A stretch of 64,000 nt of DNA from Diplonema japonicum (taxonomy: Eukaryota > Protista > Euglenozoa: Diplonemea), in contig OZ025679.1 of the NCBI GenBank assembly GCA_964019335.1, positions 124,001-188,000 of the forward strand, in the 5' to 3' direction. Under the pieces are notes generated by a model that worked only from the letters and a program-made list of their open reading frames with translations, did no database searches and was not told the origin of the DNA. Numbering within the stretch: the stretch's first letter is position 1; each line of letters opens with the position of its first letter. Made by a program: the position numbers and the translations under genes. Shown piece by piece: positions 46,512-58,175 of this stretch.

Positions 46512-47810
46512 CGCTCCATATTCGCTAAGTGACCCGCCCTATGTCCCAAAGGGGTTATAGGGGGCTATAGGGGAAAAAATGTCAAAAATGCCCAAAGGTT
46601 CATTGAATTTTTTTTTTTCAAAAAATCCATATGTCGAACATGAAAGAACGGTGAGTTCCAAGGAAGTTCCAAAAAAGATTTTCCAAAAAAAAAATATTGG
46701 GGGCCAACCAAAATGACCTTGGAAGTCGCCATTTTGAGTTTTGGCCATTTTTGCCAAACTTTTGCAACTGGGCACTTTTCCCTTTGAAAAACATGGTTAA
46801 CAGGGTTCGATCCCAGAAGCCAGCATCTTTCCTGACCAGTAGTTCAGCCGAAAATATTTTCGAAAGCATAGTTGGGGGGGCTTTGCCCTGTACCTAGGCG
46901 AAGCGGGTTCAAGCCCCACTCCAGCGGATTTTTTTAGGCTCACCACAGGGGAGAAACGGCAACCTGAACCGGTGTTTTCGCGAAAGCTTTTCGTAAGCTT
47001 GTGGGAGTCTAGTTGAAGAAAAGTGCAGTTTTGAGGGAAGGACAGCTCTTAACATTGTAAGATTGTTAGTTGTTAGTCAGTAAGCATAAGTCACGCAAAC
47101 CTTCCATATTCGCTAAGTGACCGACCAGAACTCGCATTTTGAAGAGCTAAAAAAATTTCAAATTGTTTTTTCTAGGGCTGGAATGGATTAATTTGCGTCC
47201 GGGGAATGTCCGACAAATGGAATTCTTTTTTGTAATAAAATTTTTTTTGGTGATTTGCCTTACTTTGTACTGTACAAAATGAAGCAGCTCCGGTGGAAAA
47301 AACACAGCACAAGTGGGGTTCGAACCTGACGAAAAAAACCACTGCGTCCGCGACTCCTGGAACAAGGGGTTTGACAGGTGAGAACGGTAACCACTCTACC
47401 ACACAAAAATTGAACCTGCTTCGCCTAGGTGCAGGGCACAGCCCCCAACTAGACCATTCTCGCCTTCGAAAATATTTTCCGCTGAACTACTGGTCAGGAA
47501 GATGCTGGCTTCTGGGATCGAACCAGTTTTCGGGTTTTTAAAGGGAAAAGTGCCCAGGTGCAAAAGTTTGGCAAAAATGGCCAAAACTCAAAATGGCGAC
47601 TTCCAAGGTCATTTTGGTTGGCCCCCAAAACTTTTTTTGGAAAAATCTTTTTGGAACTTCCTTGGAACTCACCGTTCTTTCATGTCCGACATATGGATTT
47701 TTTGAAAAAAAAAATTCAATGAACCCTTGAGCATTTTTGACATTTTTTCCCCTATAGCCCCCTATAACCCCTTTGGGACATAGGGCGGGTCACTTAGCGA
47801 ATATGGAAGG
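46512..47810. mobile_element. Non-coding foldback formed by a TTAA-type MITE (47100-47810) plus an inverted partial copy (46512 to ~46912)
   Basis: ~400-bp arms 46515-46912 and 47409-47807 are reverse complements. Terminus ccttccatattcgctaagtgacc occurs at 47100 and, inverted, at 47810 followed by TTAA. Confidence 0.8.
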
Positions 47811-47964
47811 TTAACAAAAAAAAAAAAAAGAAATGAAAATAAAAAAAAAAAGAAGAGAAATACACTATGGATTTGAAACAGTTCCCCGTACTGGGTATGG
47901 CACTGTTGGGTGACATTCAGCTAGTTGACTTGAGCAAAGAAGGGTGAAGCGCACCTAGTCTGCC

Positions 47965-48484
47965 TTACAGAGACGCACTGTCATCGGTGTGAAGGGCGGC
48001 AGTTGTCCTTGCGGCCAAGGCTCGCTGCTTTCCGTAAAGCTTAATCTTTGTTATGGGCACTACATCCTGTCCTTTGTTCAAGTTGCACTCCACTACCTGC
48101 TTCCCTTTCATGTCGAAGCCTACCACACGCCCGTCGATGCCTGCACTGTACAGCACCCTTGCATCGTCTCCCCACATCACGCTGTAGGACGCTTCCTTGC
48201 ATCGCTTGATGGTAGTGACGGACTCCCACGGCATGTGCTGTGAGGTGTGCAGCGGCTGTAAATAAAAAAACACGAAATAATGCTTAAGGTAAGTGGATAA
48301 TTATGTCACAATAACTGAAGTATCCCCGTCGGGTTGAGTGACCCACCCCCGAAGGGTGCCAAGTAAAGTAGGCGCCTTCTACCCCTTGTGGCATAGACTG
48401 CGTGGGCCAATCGTTCGTTCCCCCTTGTTTTTTTCTTTGAGTTAGGTAGTCTTTCATTTTATTCCATCTGTCTCCTCCCATCAC
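47965..48484 (-). pseudogene. WD40-like gene fragment on the opposite strand (putative intron 48346-48256)
   Basis: AYFTWHPSG joined in phase 0 to ...SVMWGDDARVLYSAGIDGRVVGFD. Too short for a propeller. Confidence 0.4.
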
Positions 48485-48505
48485 ACCTCATAGACAGCAG
48501 GAAGC

Positions 48506-50461
48506 ATGAGGACAACGTGTCTCGCGCTCTGCATGCTGGCAGCGCAGGCTGCAGTAGTAGAATATGACTTTGTGGTGGAGAACACGCTTGTGATGCAGTA
48601 CGGTCAGTACAAGGCGTACTTCAGGGACGGTGTGATGTACTACAAGAACAGCAGCTCGAACACGGGTGCGAATGGGATGGAACTAAAGGTGCCCGAGGCG
48701 GATGTTGCCAAGGTGCTTGTGGTAGATGGGTTCTACCGGGCTGTGCCGACAGTGAACGGACAGGTCCCGGGGCCCGCCATCATCGTGACAGAGGGCGACG
48801 AGGTGGTCGTCAGGATGACAAACAAGTTGGAGAACCAACCCGTGACGCTCCACTGGCACGGGATGTACCAGCGTGGGTCGAACTTCATGGATGGTGTGTC
48901 GCAGATCACGCAGTGTCCCACCCTCCCCGGGCAGTCCTTCACCTACCGGTTCATCGCCGAGCCCGTCGGAACTCATTCCTGGCACTCCCACCATGGCATC
49001 CAGCGTCCCGATGGCCTCTTCGGCCCTCTCATCGTGAAGGAGAAGACCCCTTCCTTCACTCGTTCCGTTCTCTGCAAGCACGACAACTTCCTCATGACAC
49101 TCTCCCTGTGGTACCACCAGTCCACTCCCGATGTTTACCACAAGCGTCTTGGGCCAGGCTTCTTTTCGCCCTCAGGTGATATCTACAAGTGGGGTAGGTC
49201 CGTCGATGGGAAGCTTGTCTCTGAGATCCCCTTCAAGACCGGTCTGGTCAATGGGAAGGGGCGCTTCAATGGGACGCAGGCCCCTTATGAGGTGTACAAT
49301 GTGGTTCCTGGTGACACGCACTGCTTCAGGATCGTGAACGCGGGGCTTGCGCAGTCGCTGCGAGTGTCGATCGACGGCCATGAGCTGCAGGTGTTCGCAT
49401 CGGACGGGTTCGAGTTCCAGACGGTGACAGCAGAAAGTGTCGTTGTGAACCCTGGCGAGAGCTACGACATCTCGATCTTGCCGAACGTCACCACTGGTGA
49501 CGGGAACTTCTGGGTCCGTGCACGCACCATGGAAGAGGGTGCCGACCACGAAGCGCTTGCCATTCTAAGGTACCCCTCTGCGCCTGTTAAGGACCCTGTG
49601 ACAACCCGCACCAGCTGCACCGCCGCTACACCTTGCAATGTACTGAATTGTCCTTTCCCGGCCTACGCTGCAGACTCGTTCCAAACCTGCCAGAGCATTC
49701 ACACGGTGCGTAACATGCCCCGTGCGGGTGACCCAACCCGAGTAGACCCTACGAAGCCCATCGAGACGTACTTCTTGAACTTCGGGTTCTCCCCGTTGTC
49801 CATCAACAACAGGCAGTTCGCTACGCCGCATGCACCACCAGGCTCGCAGCCCGATGCGGCGAAGTTCGTGCCGTGCGAGGAAAGCTGCGACACGACGCCT
49901 TGCGTGTGCACGCACCACTTGAACATCACATACGGCACGCAGGTACAGTTTGTCTTCACAAACACAGGGCCGCACGGGTATGGGATGCACCCTGCGCACT
50001 TCCACGGACACTCTTTCGAAGTGATGTACATAGGGTACCCGCCTTATGACCCAGTGACGGGGCATGTGTGCGAGTGGCCTGCGGGAGCACCTCACCCTAC
50101 TTGCAGGTCGACATTAGATATTGCCTGCAAGGAAGGTACGGCATGTGCAGTGGCTTCCTGGGCGCCTGGCAGAGAACCACCCTTGAACAATACACAAGCA
50201 CCTCTTAAAGACACAGTGATTGTGCCGCCTGGTGGGTACGCTGTGGTGCGTTACGTGGCAGATAACCCAGGTTACTGGCACCTCCACTGCCACATGGCGC
50301 ATCACCAGTTTTATGGCCTCTCGATGATTATTAATGAAGCACCGGAGCATCAAGCGCAGTTCCCGGCTCCTCCCGGGTTCCCGAAGTGCGGTGACTTCGA
50401 ACCCCCGCAGAACTACGCCTCCACGAGCAGGGACAAGTGGGCCTCCATGGCGGGGCTTTGA
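48506..50461 (+). CDS. Secreted multicopper oxidase (laccase/ascorbate-oxidase-like), 651 aa
   Basis: Signal peptide. Cu motifs HWHG, WHSHH, HPAHFHGH, HLHCHMAHHQFYGL. Confidence 0.93.
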   Translation: MRTTCLALCMLAAQAAVVEYDFVVENTLVMQYGQYKAYFRDGVMYYKNSSSNTGANGMELKVPEADVAKVLVVDGFYRAVPTVNGQVPGPAIIVTEGDEVVVRMTNKLENQPVTLHWHGMYQRGSNFMDGVSQITQCPTLPGQSFTYRFIAEPVGTHSWHSHHGIQRPDGLFGPLIVKEKTPSFTRSVLCKHDNFLMTLSLWYHQSTPDVYHKRLGPGFFSPSGDIYKWGRSVDGKLVSEIPFKTGLVNGKGRFNGTQAPYEVYNVVPGDTHCFRIVNAGLAQSLRVSIDGHELQVFASDGFEFQTVTAESVVVNPGESYDISILPNVTTGDGNFWVRARTMEEGADHEALAILRYPSAPVKDPVTTRTSCTAATPCNVLNCPFPAYAADSFQTCQSIHTVRNMPRAGDPTRVDPTKPIETYFLNFGFSPLSINNRQFATPHAPPGSQPDAAKFVPCEESCDTTPCVCTHHLNITYGTQVQFVFTNTGPHGYGMHPAHFHGHSFEVMYIGYPPYDPVTGHVCEWPAGAPHPTCRSTLDIACKEGTACAVASWAPGREPPLNNTQAPLKDTVIVPPGGYAVVRYVADNPGYWHLHCHMAHHQFYGLSMIINEAPEHQAQFPAPPGFPKCGDFEPPQNYASTSRDKWASMAGL

Positions 50462-51004
50462 TCATCCCTTGTGCGCAGTTTTTTTTTTTTTTTTTTTTTT
50501 TTTAAATTCTTCCCCATGATTCCGATATGGCGCACTGTCGTGGTATACTAGTGAGGCTGTAGAGCCAGAGAAAAATGCAACTAAATATAATTGCACCCCC
50601 CTCCCCCCCAGAAAGAAGAAATGAATGTAAAACTTTTCCCTTTCTTCCTTTTCTCCCTCTCCTCAAACGTAATGTTCCCCCCAACGAGAAGATGATTTTT
50701 CAATGCGTATATCCCTACTTTCTTGTCCTGCAAAAAAAAAAAAGAAAAAAAAAAACCCCCCCAAAAAACTACGTGGGGGAAAAAAAAGATGAATAAACAA
50801 ATTGCAGAGGACGAAACATAGGAGGCACAAAAAAAAAAGAGAAGCAAACAAGAACTTTTTTTTTCTTCTTCTTTTTGAAGTTTAAAAGTCGTTGTTAACA
50901 CTTCTTAGTGATTCCTTCCCCCCCCCCTTCTTTTTTTTGCGGATTTTACGTGAGGGGGGGGATAAACAAACTTTTTTTAAAAAAAAAAGGAAAGAAATGT
51001 TCTA

Positions 51005-54000
51005 ATGGACCGCAGTACATCATTACCTTGCTCGGAAATAGCTCTTGACCTCGAATCGGATGTGAGGTTGACAGACTTGATCGAGTGCCAAATGGAAACA
51101 CTGAAGGAGTCGGAGGAAGCATTTAACAGCTATAAGATGAAGCTTTTTCAGAAGAAATCATTCACCGGAAAACCGTTGGCCCCGAGCCCGCCAAAGCCGG
51201 GGAGTGTAAGGAAGGTGTATGGGTTGACACAAGGCAAATTCTCGACCTCATCTACCCCAGAGTGTTTTGCTGAAACAAATTCGAGCACCCGACGGTCGGA
51301 GAGCCCGGGAGAGATTTTGGACGTTCTGAGCAATCTTGTCAGCAGCATAACAGTTCTGTTCGACAAAATGTCGAACAGATTCGACACCATCGAACAACGG
51401 CAGAAGGAGTACATGGAAGACCTCACCCAGCACAAGGAAACCTCCGGGTTGTTGAAACAGTTAGGCGAAACCCTCTCCACGCACACTGTTATCTTGAATG
51501 GCATTGAAGAGTCCCTTAAAAGGTGTGTTCCCGATGACAGGGATCATGGCCTCGTTTCGATATACAGCCAGGATGCACGGAGGAGCTATCTTGCTCCAGC
51601 ACATTCTGAACCCCGTCTTCGTAGCTTACGTGATATCAAAAGACAGGCCTCTCCGAGGGCTAAGAAAGAAGTAATGAGCCCAGATTTTCTAGTCACGAAG
51701 CTTGTTCCAAGCTTCGAAACCCACATGAACGATGTTGATAACCAGCTTCAAATGAACAAATCAAAGGTTGTTGCCATCCATGGCGACTTACCGAACCTCG
51801 CTTCTCCTAGAAAGATGCCGGCCAGTGAGCGGCTGAGTTCGCACACAACGGGGACGCTGCTCAACGCTATCTATGACATGTCAGCCAATCAGGACAGCAT
51901 GAAGGCTTTCTGCGAGTGCTTGACAATGTGTGTCTGCCACATCGCGAGCTCGCTGGAAGCAACGTTTTCTATTAAGGAGGAGGACATGAAGGGACTGGCT
52001 TCGGTCGCACACGATGCCATTGCTTTCAGCGGTAAAGAGGTGACCCAGCACGAGGCGTATGACCCAAAGATTGACTGTCTTGAAGATGGCGGCATACCCA
52101 CATCTGTACTATTGATCCCTATGCGCACTGAAGAAGATCAGGTGTGTGGTATCCTCAGAGTGTACAATAAAATGACGTTTCACGGAAAGCGTAAGGTTTC
52201 GGCGCCCGCGTTTTGTCTGAAGAATCCGGGCAACTACTCCACTGCGAGAAGCATGGAAGGTGTCGGCTCCCAGCCGCAGTTGTTCGAGGAGAGGTTCACC
52301 AGCATGGACGAAGATTACCTCAAAAGGCTGCTGGCGTTTGCGTGCCCCATGTTAACCCACGTGCTGTCGAAGGAGCAGAGACGGACGAATGCCGTGTGCC
52401 TTGCAAATCTTGTTGAGATCCTGAACATCCTGGGCCTGGAGTCGGGGGACAGCCTGCTTGCTGAAGTAGAAGCAGGGGCTAAACGTCTAACGAGTGCAAC
52501 GCACGCCACGGTGTATTTGTACGAAGGGAAAGGGGACTACATGATAAAGAACGGCAAAAGGGTGCATTTCGACGACACCAACGGCATCACGCCCTATGTT
52601 ATCGATGCGTGCCAGATCGCTGTGATTGCAAACGTCGACACGTGCGAGTCCTTCCAACAGCGCAACATGGACTTCACCGTCACAAACATCGTGGTGGTCC
52701 CTATCGCCATCGAAGACAACGTGATGGGTGTCATCGAACTGTACAACATGCCACCGGAGATTCTGACAGAGTTCACGAACCTCATTCTAAAAGCTCTATC
52801 GAAGTTCCTAGCGATCACGCTTACAGGCGAAACAGGGCTGCAGCTACTGGAGGAGGAAAAATCCCGTTCCACGATCATGGTCAAGGTTTGCAAAGAAATC
52901 GCCGCAGTAACCCTTGACGCGGAGGCGCTGCACAACAACATCATGGAACACGCGAGGACGTTGGTCAACGCAGACCGCGCGGCACTTTTCATCGCCGACT
53001 GGAAGAGAAAGGTTTTATTCGCTACGTTCGGCGGACAGTCTGTGACAATGCCCATCAACAAAGGCATTGCGGGAACAGTGGCAATGACAGGGCTGCCCCT
53101 CAGCATCACCGATGCATACACTGACACAAGATTCAACAAGAATGTAGACGTCAAGTCGGGTTACTGCACCAAGACGATCCTGTCGATGCCTGTGAAGTGC
53201 GACGGGCGGGTAGTAGCCGTGGCGCAGCTAATCAACAAGCGTGGTCCCGAAGGGATCATGGCCTTCGGCGAAGAAGACGAGCAGACCCTCGAAACCTTCA
53301 CGACCTTCGCGGGTATTGCTCTCCGCATTTCTGAACAGTACAAAACGCTTTCTAAAGAGCGGCAACGTGCCAGCGCCATGCTCGATGCAGTGGCAGGCGT
53401 GGCGGACACTGACATCAGGGAGGGCTCGAAGACAATCTGCTGCAACATCATGCACCAGGCCAAGACACTGATCGCAGCGGACAGATGCTCCCTCTTCATG
53501 ATCGACAAGGAGCAGACACAACTGTACTCCTGCGTCACCGATCAACAAGGCGGCGAGATCCGTGTCCCTCTGCACACAGGCATTGCAGGCGAGGTAGCAC
53601 GGCGTGACATCCTCCTCAACATCCCCGATGCTTACAAAGACAAGCGTTTCAACACAGAACAAGACAGGCTTCGTGGCTACGTCACAAAATCCATCCTTGC
53701 AGTCCCCGTACGGGGCGAGGGAGAGGTGCTCGCGGTGATGCAACTTATCAACAAAAATGAAGGCCTGCCTTTCGATGGGGAGGACGAGGTTTGGCAAAAA
53801 AAAAAAAAAAGAAAAACCTAAGCAACAACAACAACAACAACAACAACAAAAACCCCAGAAAACACTGCTGTACTTCTCGTCTCTAGCTGGCATCATTATC
53901 AGAAACACGCAGCTTTACGAGTATGTTCCCCAACCCCATTAATTCATTCTTCGCAAAGGTTCGCGACGCAGGGCAGGGCAGAACTGTCGAGCGTGCTGCA

Positions 54001-55202
54001 AACGTTGAACGATTCTTCCGCTCTGAGGAAAGGAGACGCGTCCCCCACAGCGAAGTACGGTGGGTCGACTCCGGAGGAGGTCCGGTTGTTCGAACGGCTT
54101 CAAGAGACAACACACGACGTAAGCGAGCTGGAGAAGGCCACCACGACACAGTTCGACATCCACCAGTACATGCCGCAAGAAGAAGGCTTGCCAAAGCTAC
54201 TATCACTGGTGTCATTGTTCTTCGAGAAACGAGGTCTTTTCGCCGAATTCTGCATCAATGACATAGTGATGCACAGATTCCTATCAGCAGTAGCCTGTTC
54301 TTACCGGCACGTGCCGTACCATAACATATACCATGCTGTGGATGTTACGCAGACAATTTACGTGATACTCAATCAAATGCCGGAAGGGCTTCTCACGAAG
54401 CTGGAGGAGTTTGTTCTTCTTCTCTGCGGGGTTATTCACGATGTGGACCATATGGGTCTGAACAACTCGTTCCATTACAAAGCTGAGACGCCTCTGGGGA
54501 TTCTATCCAACGCAACAGGTGGTACCTCAGCGCTTGAGATCCATCACTGCGATGTGGCGATTGCTATACTTCAACGCCCGGAGTGCAATATATTTTCGTC
54601 GTTCCCGAACAGAGCTGAAGAGATAGAGGCGTATAAGATGGTCGTTAAATGTGTTCTGGCTACCGATATGGCGCTGCACCAAGATTCCTTGAACCGCTTC
54701 AGCGAAATATATACCGATGAAAGAACGAAGCACAAGGAACAGTTACTGCTTATAATACTCAAAGTATGGAAATGCGGCGAAATCTTTTTTAATTTTTTTT
54801 TTTTTTTTTTTTTTTGTAAGGCCGCGGATATTTCAAATGTAACGAAGCCGTTTGATGTCAGCCGCAACTGGGCGTACCGTGTCCTTGAAGAATTCTATTT
54901 CCAAGGAGATTTGGAGGTACGGGACATGGGGCAGGTTTCCAACGAGATGTTTGACAGGAACAGCAAAAAAGAAATAGCGGAAGGGCAGTTGGGGTATGTG
55001 GGAAAAAAAGTGGGGTGGGAAATGAACCCTCAGATTTATCCGTTACTTTGCTAAGCCGTTTTTCGCCGTTGTCCGCGATGTCTTCCCGGAACTTGAGTCC
55101 TTCTACACACAACTCTGCAGCAACGAAAACGACTGGAGTACTATTCTCGAACGGGACAAGGAGAAGAAGGCTGCTAATACGGAGCTTAGTTATGATAAAT
55201 AA
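51005..55202 (+). CDS. Class I cyclic-nucleotide phosphodiesterase with up to four GAF domains, ~1330 aa. Introns 53789-53858, 53921-53958, 54764-54820, 54994-55033
   Basis: GAF NK..F..EDE motifs. Catalytic PYHNIYHAVD, HDVDHMG, LEIHH, ATDM. Splicing restores LKAADISN and QLGFI. Confidence 0.92.
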
Positions 55203-55777
55203 ATTCCCCCAAGAAAAACTTTTTTTTTCCAAAAAAAAGGAATGGGGAAAAAAAAAAAAAAAAAAACTCGATAAAATTTCAGTGTGCATGGGGGTGCTCA
55301 CTGTGAAAAAAAAAGATGTGTTTACGGTGTATTTTTTTACAAAAATATTTATCCTTTCACACCCCCCCCCCCCCCAAGAAGAACAAAAAATGATTTTATG
55401 CCTTATGCAGTTGTGCCGAGCAAAAAAAAAAAGAATTAAAAAAGGTTGCCAGCGTTCCCTTTTTTGGACAAGTCAACAACCCGTTCTTGCAAAAAGGGGG
55501 CAAAAAAATGAAGTAGCTTTTTCTAAACTATTTTACTCGTGAACAGCAAAGAATAAAACAAGTCATTTCTTTTTGCCTCCTCCTCTCCATCCTCCCCTCT
55601 CTTTTGTTATTATTAAGTGGGCTTACCCGCGGCCTTGCTAACTGAAAGCAAGTCCCGCCATCACTTTCCCCCAATTTAAAAAAAAAAAATTCTCGTTCCG
55701 ACACATACAAACAAAATTCAAGGGGGAGTGAGTATACTTTAGTTTGAAAAAAAAAAAAAAAAAAGAAAAAAAAAAAC

Positions 55778-56568
55778 ATGGCTAATGGACCGCGAACTAT
55801 TGGCCCGGGTGCAGGTGGGGGGTTCTTCCTGGTGGTGATCGGGATGATATCATTCTTGTGCCTAGTAGCAGCGCTGGCGTCGCGGGACGGATGGTGGGAA
55901 ATGTGTGATGATGTCCCTTGCAAGGCGCCCTCTTCACCTATAGATCCAAATGAACTGCTTCCTTGCACCCACGCAGACATTGTAGGACTAGAGGCAGCAA
56001 TGCCTGACATCGATTTCAACACAACATGCGACGGGACCCCCCCGGGGGCGGACTGCGACCTTAAGAAATGCAGGAAAGCGTGGGAAGTCCTCGACCCCTT
56101 CTTCACGGCGGTAGACCATCACGTGCAAGAAATCGTTTGCCTGAACCAGTTGAAGCTCGCATCAGGGGACTACATTGCTTTTGGTTCACTGTGTTGCAGT
56201 CTTTGCAATGAAGGCAGGTACGCGGATATCGACTACGTATTCAAAAGGTGGGCCGGCGAACGTCAGTCATGCGGCCTTTTCGGCTGCAGTGTCGGAAGCT
56301 ACAAACCGCAGGACGATTTCTGCGATACACGAGGGCAGCACGTGGAGGCAACACAAGCTTTCGCGACCACCACCTGTGTTCTCACTGCCTTCCTCACTGT
56401 GTACCATGTTTTTGGCCTGATTTGCATGGTGTGGGTTTTTAAGAGAGGGAAAAAAAAAAAAAAAAAAAAAAAAAACAGCAAAGCGACCGTAAACGTCATG
56501 TTCCGCTTCCTAGGGAGTTTAGTATCGTTGCTAAATTCGTATGGAAATGGGGGGGGGGAATTAAATTG

Positions 56569-56603
<35 letters not shown>

Positions 56604-57205
56604 AGCTATTACATGCACTGGGCACACTTCATCACGGCTGTCGTGTCGTTTGTGGCTGGGGTGCTCATGATCGCCACCATTACCGAACCTTTGTGTGGCA
56701 CGCGGTTGTCCGAGTATGAAGATTTTTCTTTTTTTAGGGGGCGTCTCACAAAGACTTCCTTTAACTCATATATTTTTTTTTAAAACCCCCCAACAGCTAT
56801 GTCGAGTCAAGGTTCGCAGTCAGGATAATGTGGTTCTCCATGACTGTTCAGGTAAGAGGGGTGCGGGGGGTTTTCTTTTCAGTACAATTAAACAAACTAA
56901 AGGTGATTTGTGGGTCGTATTACCTTCTGAGTGTTAAAGGCTACCTGGGGCTCTCGAGGGTGGCTGTAGTCAACGTTGCGATAGCCAACGCCGTGCCGCC
57001 TTCGCCCATTGTGATGCACAATGAGTTGGCAGAAACTACACCTGGGCCTGTGGTCAGGGAGAACAGTCAAGAGAAAGCTGATGAAGAGCCTATTGAATTG
57101 CACGCTATTAAAATGTCCCCGACAGAAGGCGACGAAGTCCCTGCTGCTGAGCAACCTGTTTCGCTTGAGCTTGATAAAGGTTGCCCGCCACCAGCCCTCA
57201 CATAG
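55778..57205 (+). CDS. Amastin/claudin-like tetraspan protein with enlarged Cys-rich first loop, ~393 aa. Introns 56429-56478, 56539-56600, 56714-56796, 56852-56902
   Basis: Four TMs after splicing. CDTRGQHVEATQAFA resembles the amastin C..R...(R)AAQAFA motif. Confidence 0.65.
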
Positions 57206-57601
57206 AACTTATCTATGTGCACTGCAGTTTGCTTCGTTATATTTTTTTGATTTTTTTCTACCCCCCCCCCCTCCCACCCACCCCTCCCCCGGAAGAGGAA
57301 TACAAAACAGGAAAAAAAAAAAAGAAGTAGAATTTAAAAATAAACTCCCCCCTTTCTCCAAACACACCCTGTTCTATTTCTTTTTATCGTCTTCTTTTTT
57401 TGGAAACCAAAGAGAGAGGGGAAAAAAGAAAAGAATGGAGAGGGCGGGGGGGGGGGAAGAAAACTTGCCCCAATTTTTTTTTCTTTAGTTTCCGTTCTTT
57501 TTTTTTTTTTCTTTTTTTTTTCCCCCCTTGTTTAGAAAACAGTTTTTTCTTGTGCGCGTGTACAGCGCTAAGTGCGTGGGGTAAAAAAAAAAAAAAAAAA
57601 A

Positions 57602-58131
57602 AATTCTTTATGACTATATGTCTTTGTTGTTCGCACGAGCAAAAAAGGTTTTTCGCAGCTTTTTTGCTCGGCACAAGTTGCATATAGTTATAAAATCATT
57701 TTTTGAAAGATAAATATTTGTAACAAAAATAATTCTTTATGACTATATGTCTTTGTTGTTCGCTTCAGGACCCTCTGGGACCGCGGAACGCGGTGCCGTA
57801 ACGGCGGGGCCGTGGAGGCGTCGCTCACTACAGGAAGTGGCCTGATCTTGCCCCCGGGTGCAAAACGCCCCGCGTGAATGGGTCTGCCTTCTGTCGTGTG
57901 TCGACCCTGGTTCTCTTAGGGGTCGCCTCACTCCGGCCTGGCGTCTGGCACGGAGGCGGGGAGGTGGGTGATCCAACCCTCTCTCCACCCGCTTTGGCAG
58001 TCTTCGGCGGCATTTTACTTTTTTGTTGTTCGCACGAGCAAAAAAGGTTTTTAAAAAGCTGCGAAAGTTTTTTGCTCGGCACAAGTTGCATATAGTTATA
58101 AAATCATTTTTTGAAAGATAAATATTTGTAA

Positions 58132-58135
<4 letters not shown>
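57602..58135. repeat. Two tandem ~129-bp units, each containing a ~90-bp foldback; second unit interrupted by an insertion
   Basis: tttatgactatatg/catatagttataaa and cgagcaaaaaa/ttttttgctcg inverted pairs in each unit. Confidence 0.75.
57764..58021 (-). mobile_element. 258-bp GC-rich insertion with 12-bp target-site duplication
   Basis: tttgttgttcgc at 57752-57763 and 58022-58033. The empty site is visible in the first unit. Confidence 0.7.

Positions 58136-58175
<40 letters not shown>

Noticed and set aside
47295-47405. Functional tRNA-Asp gene
   Set aside because: A/B boxes are present but there is no acceptor stem, and an internal T run interrupts it. Treated as tRNA-like only.
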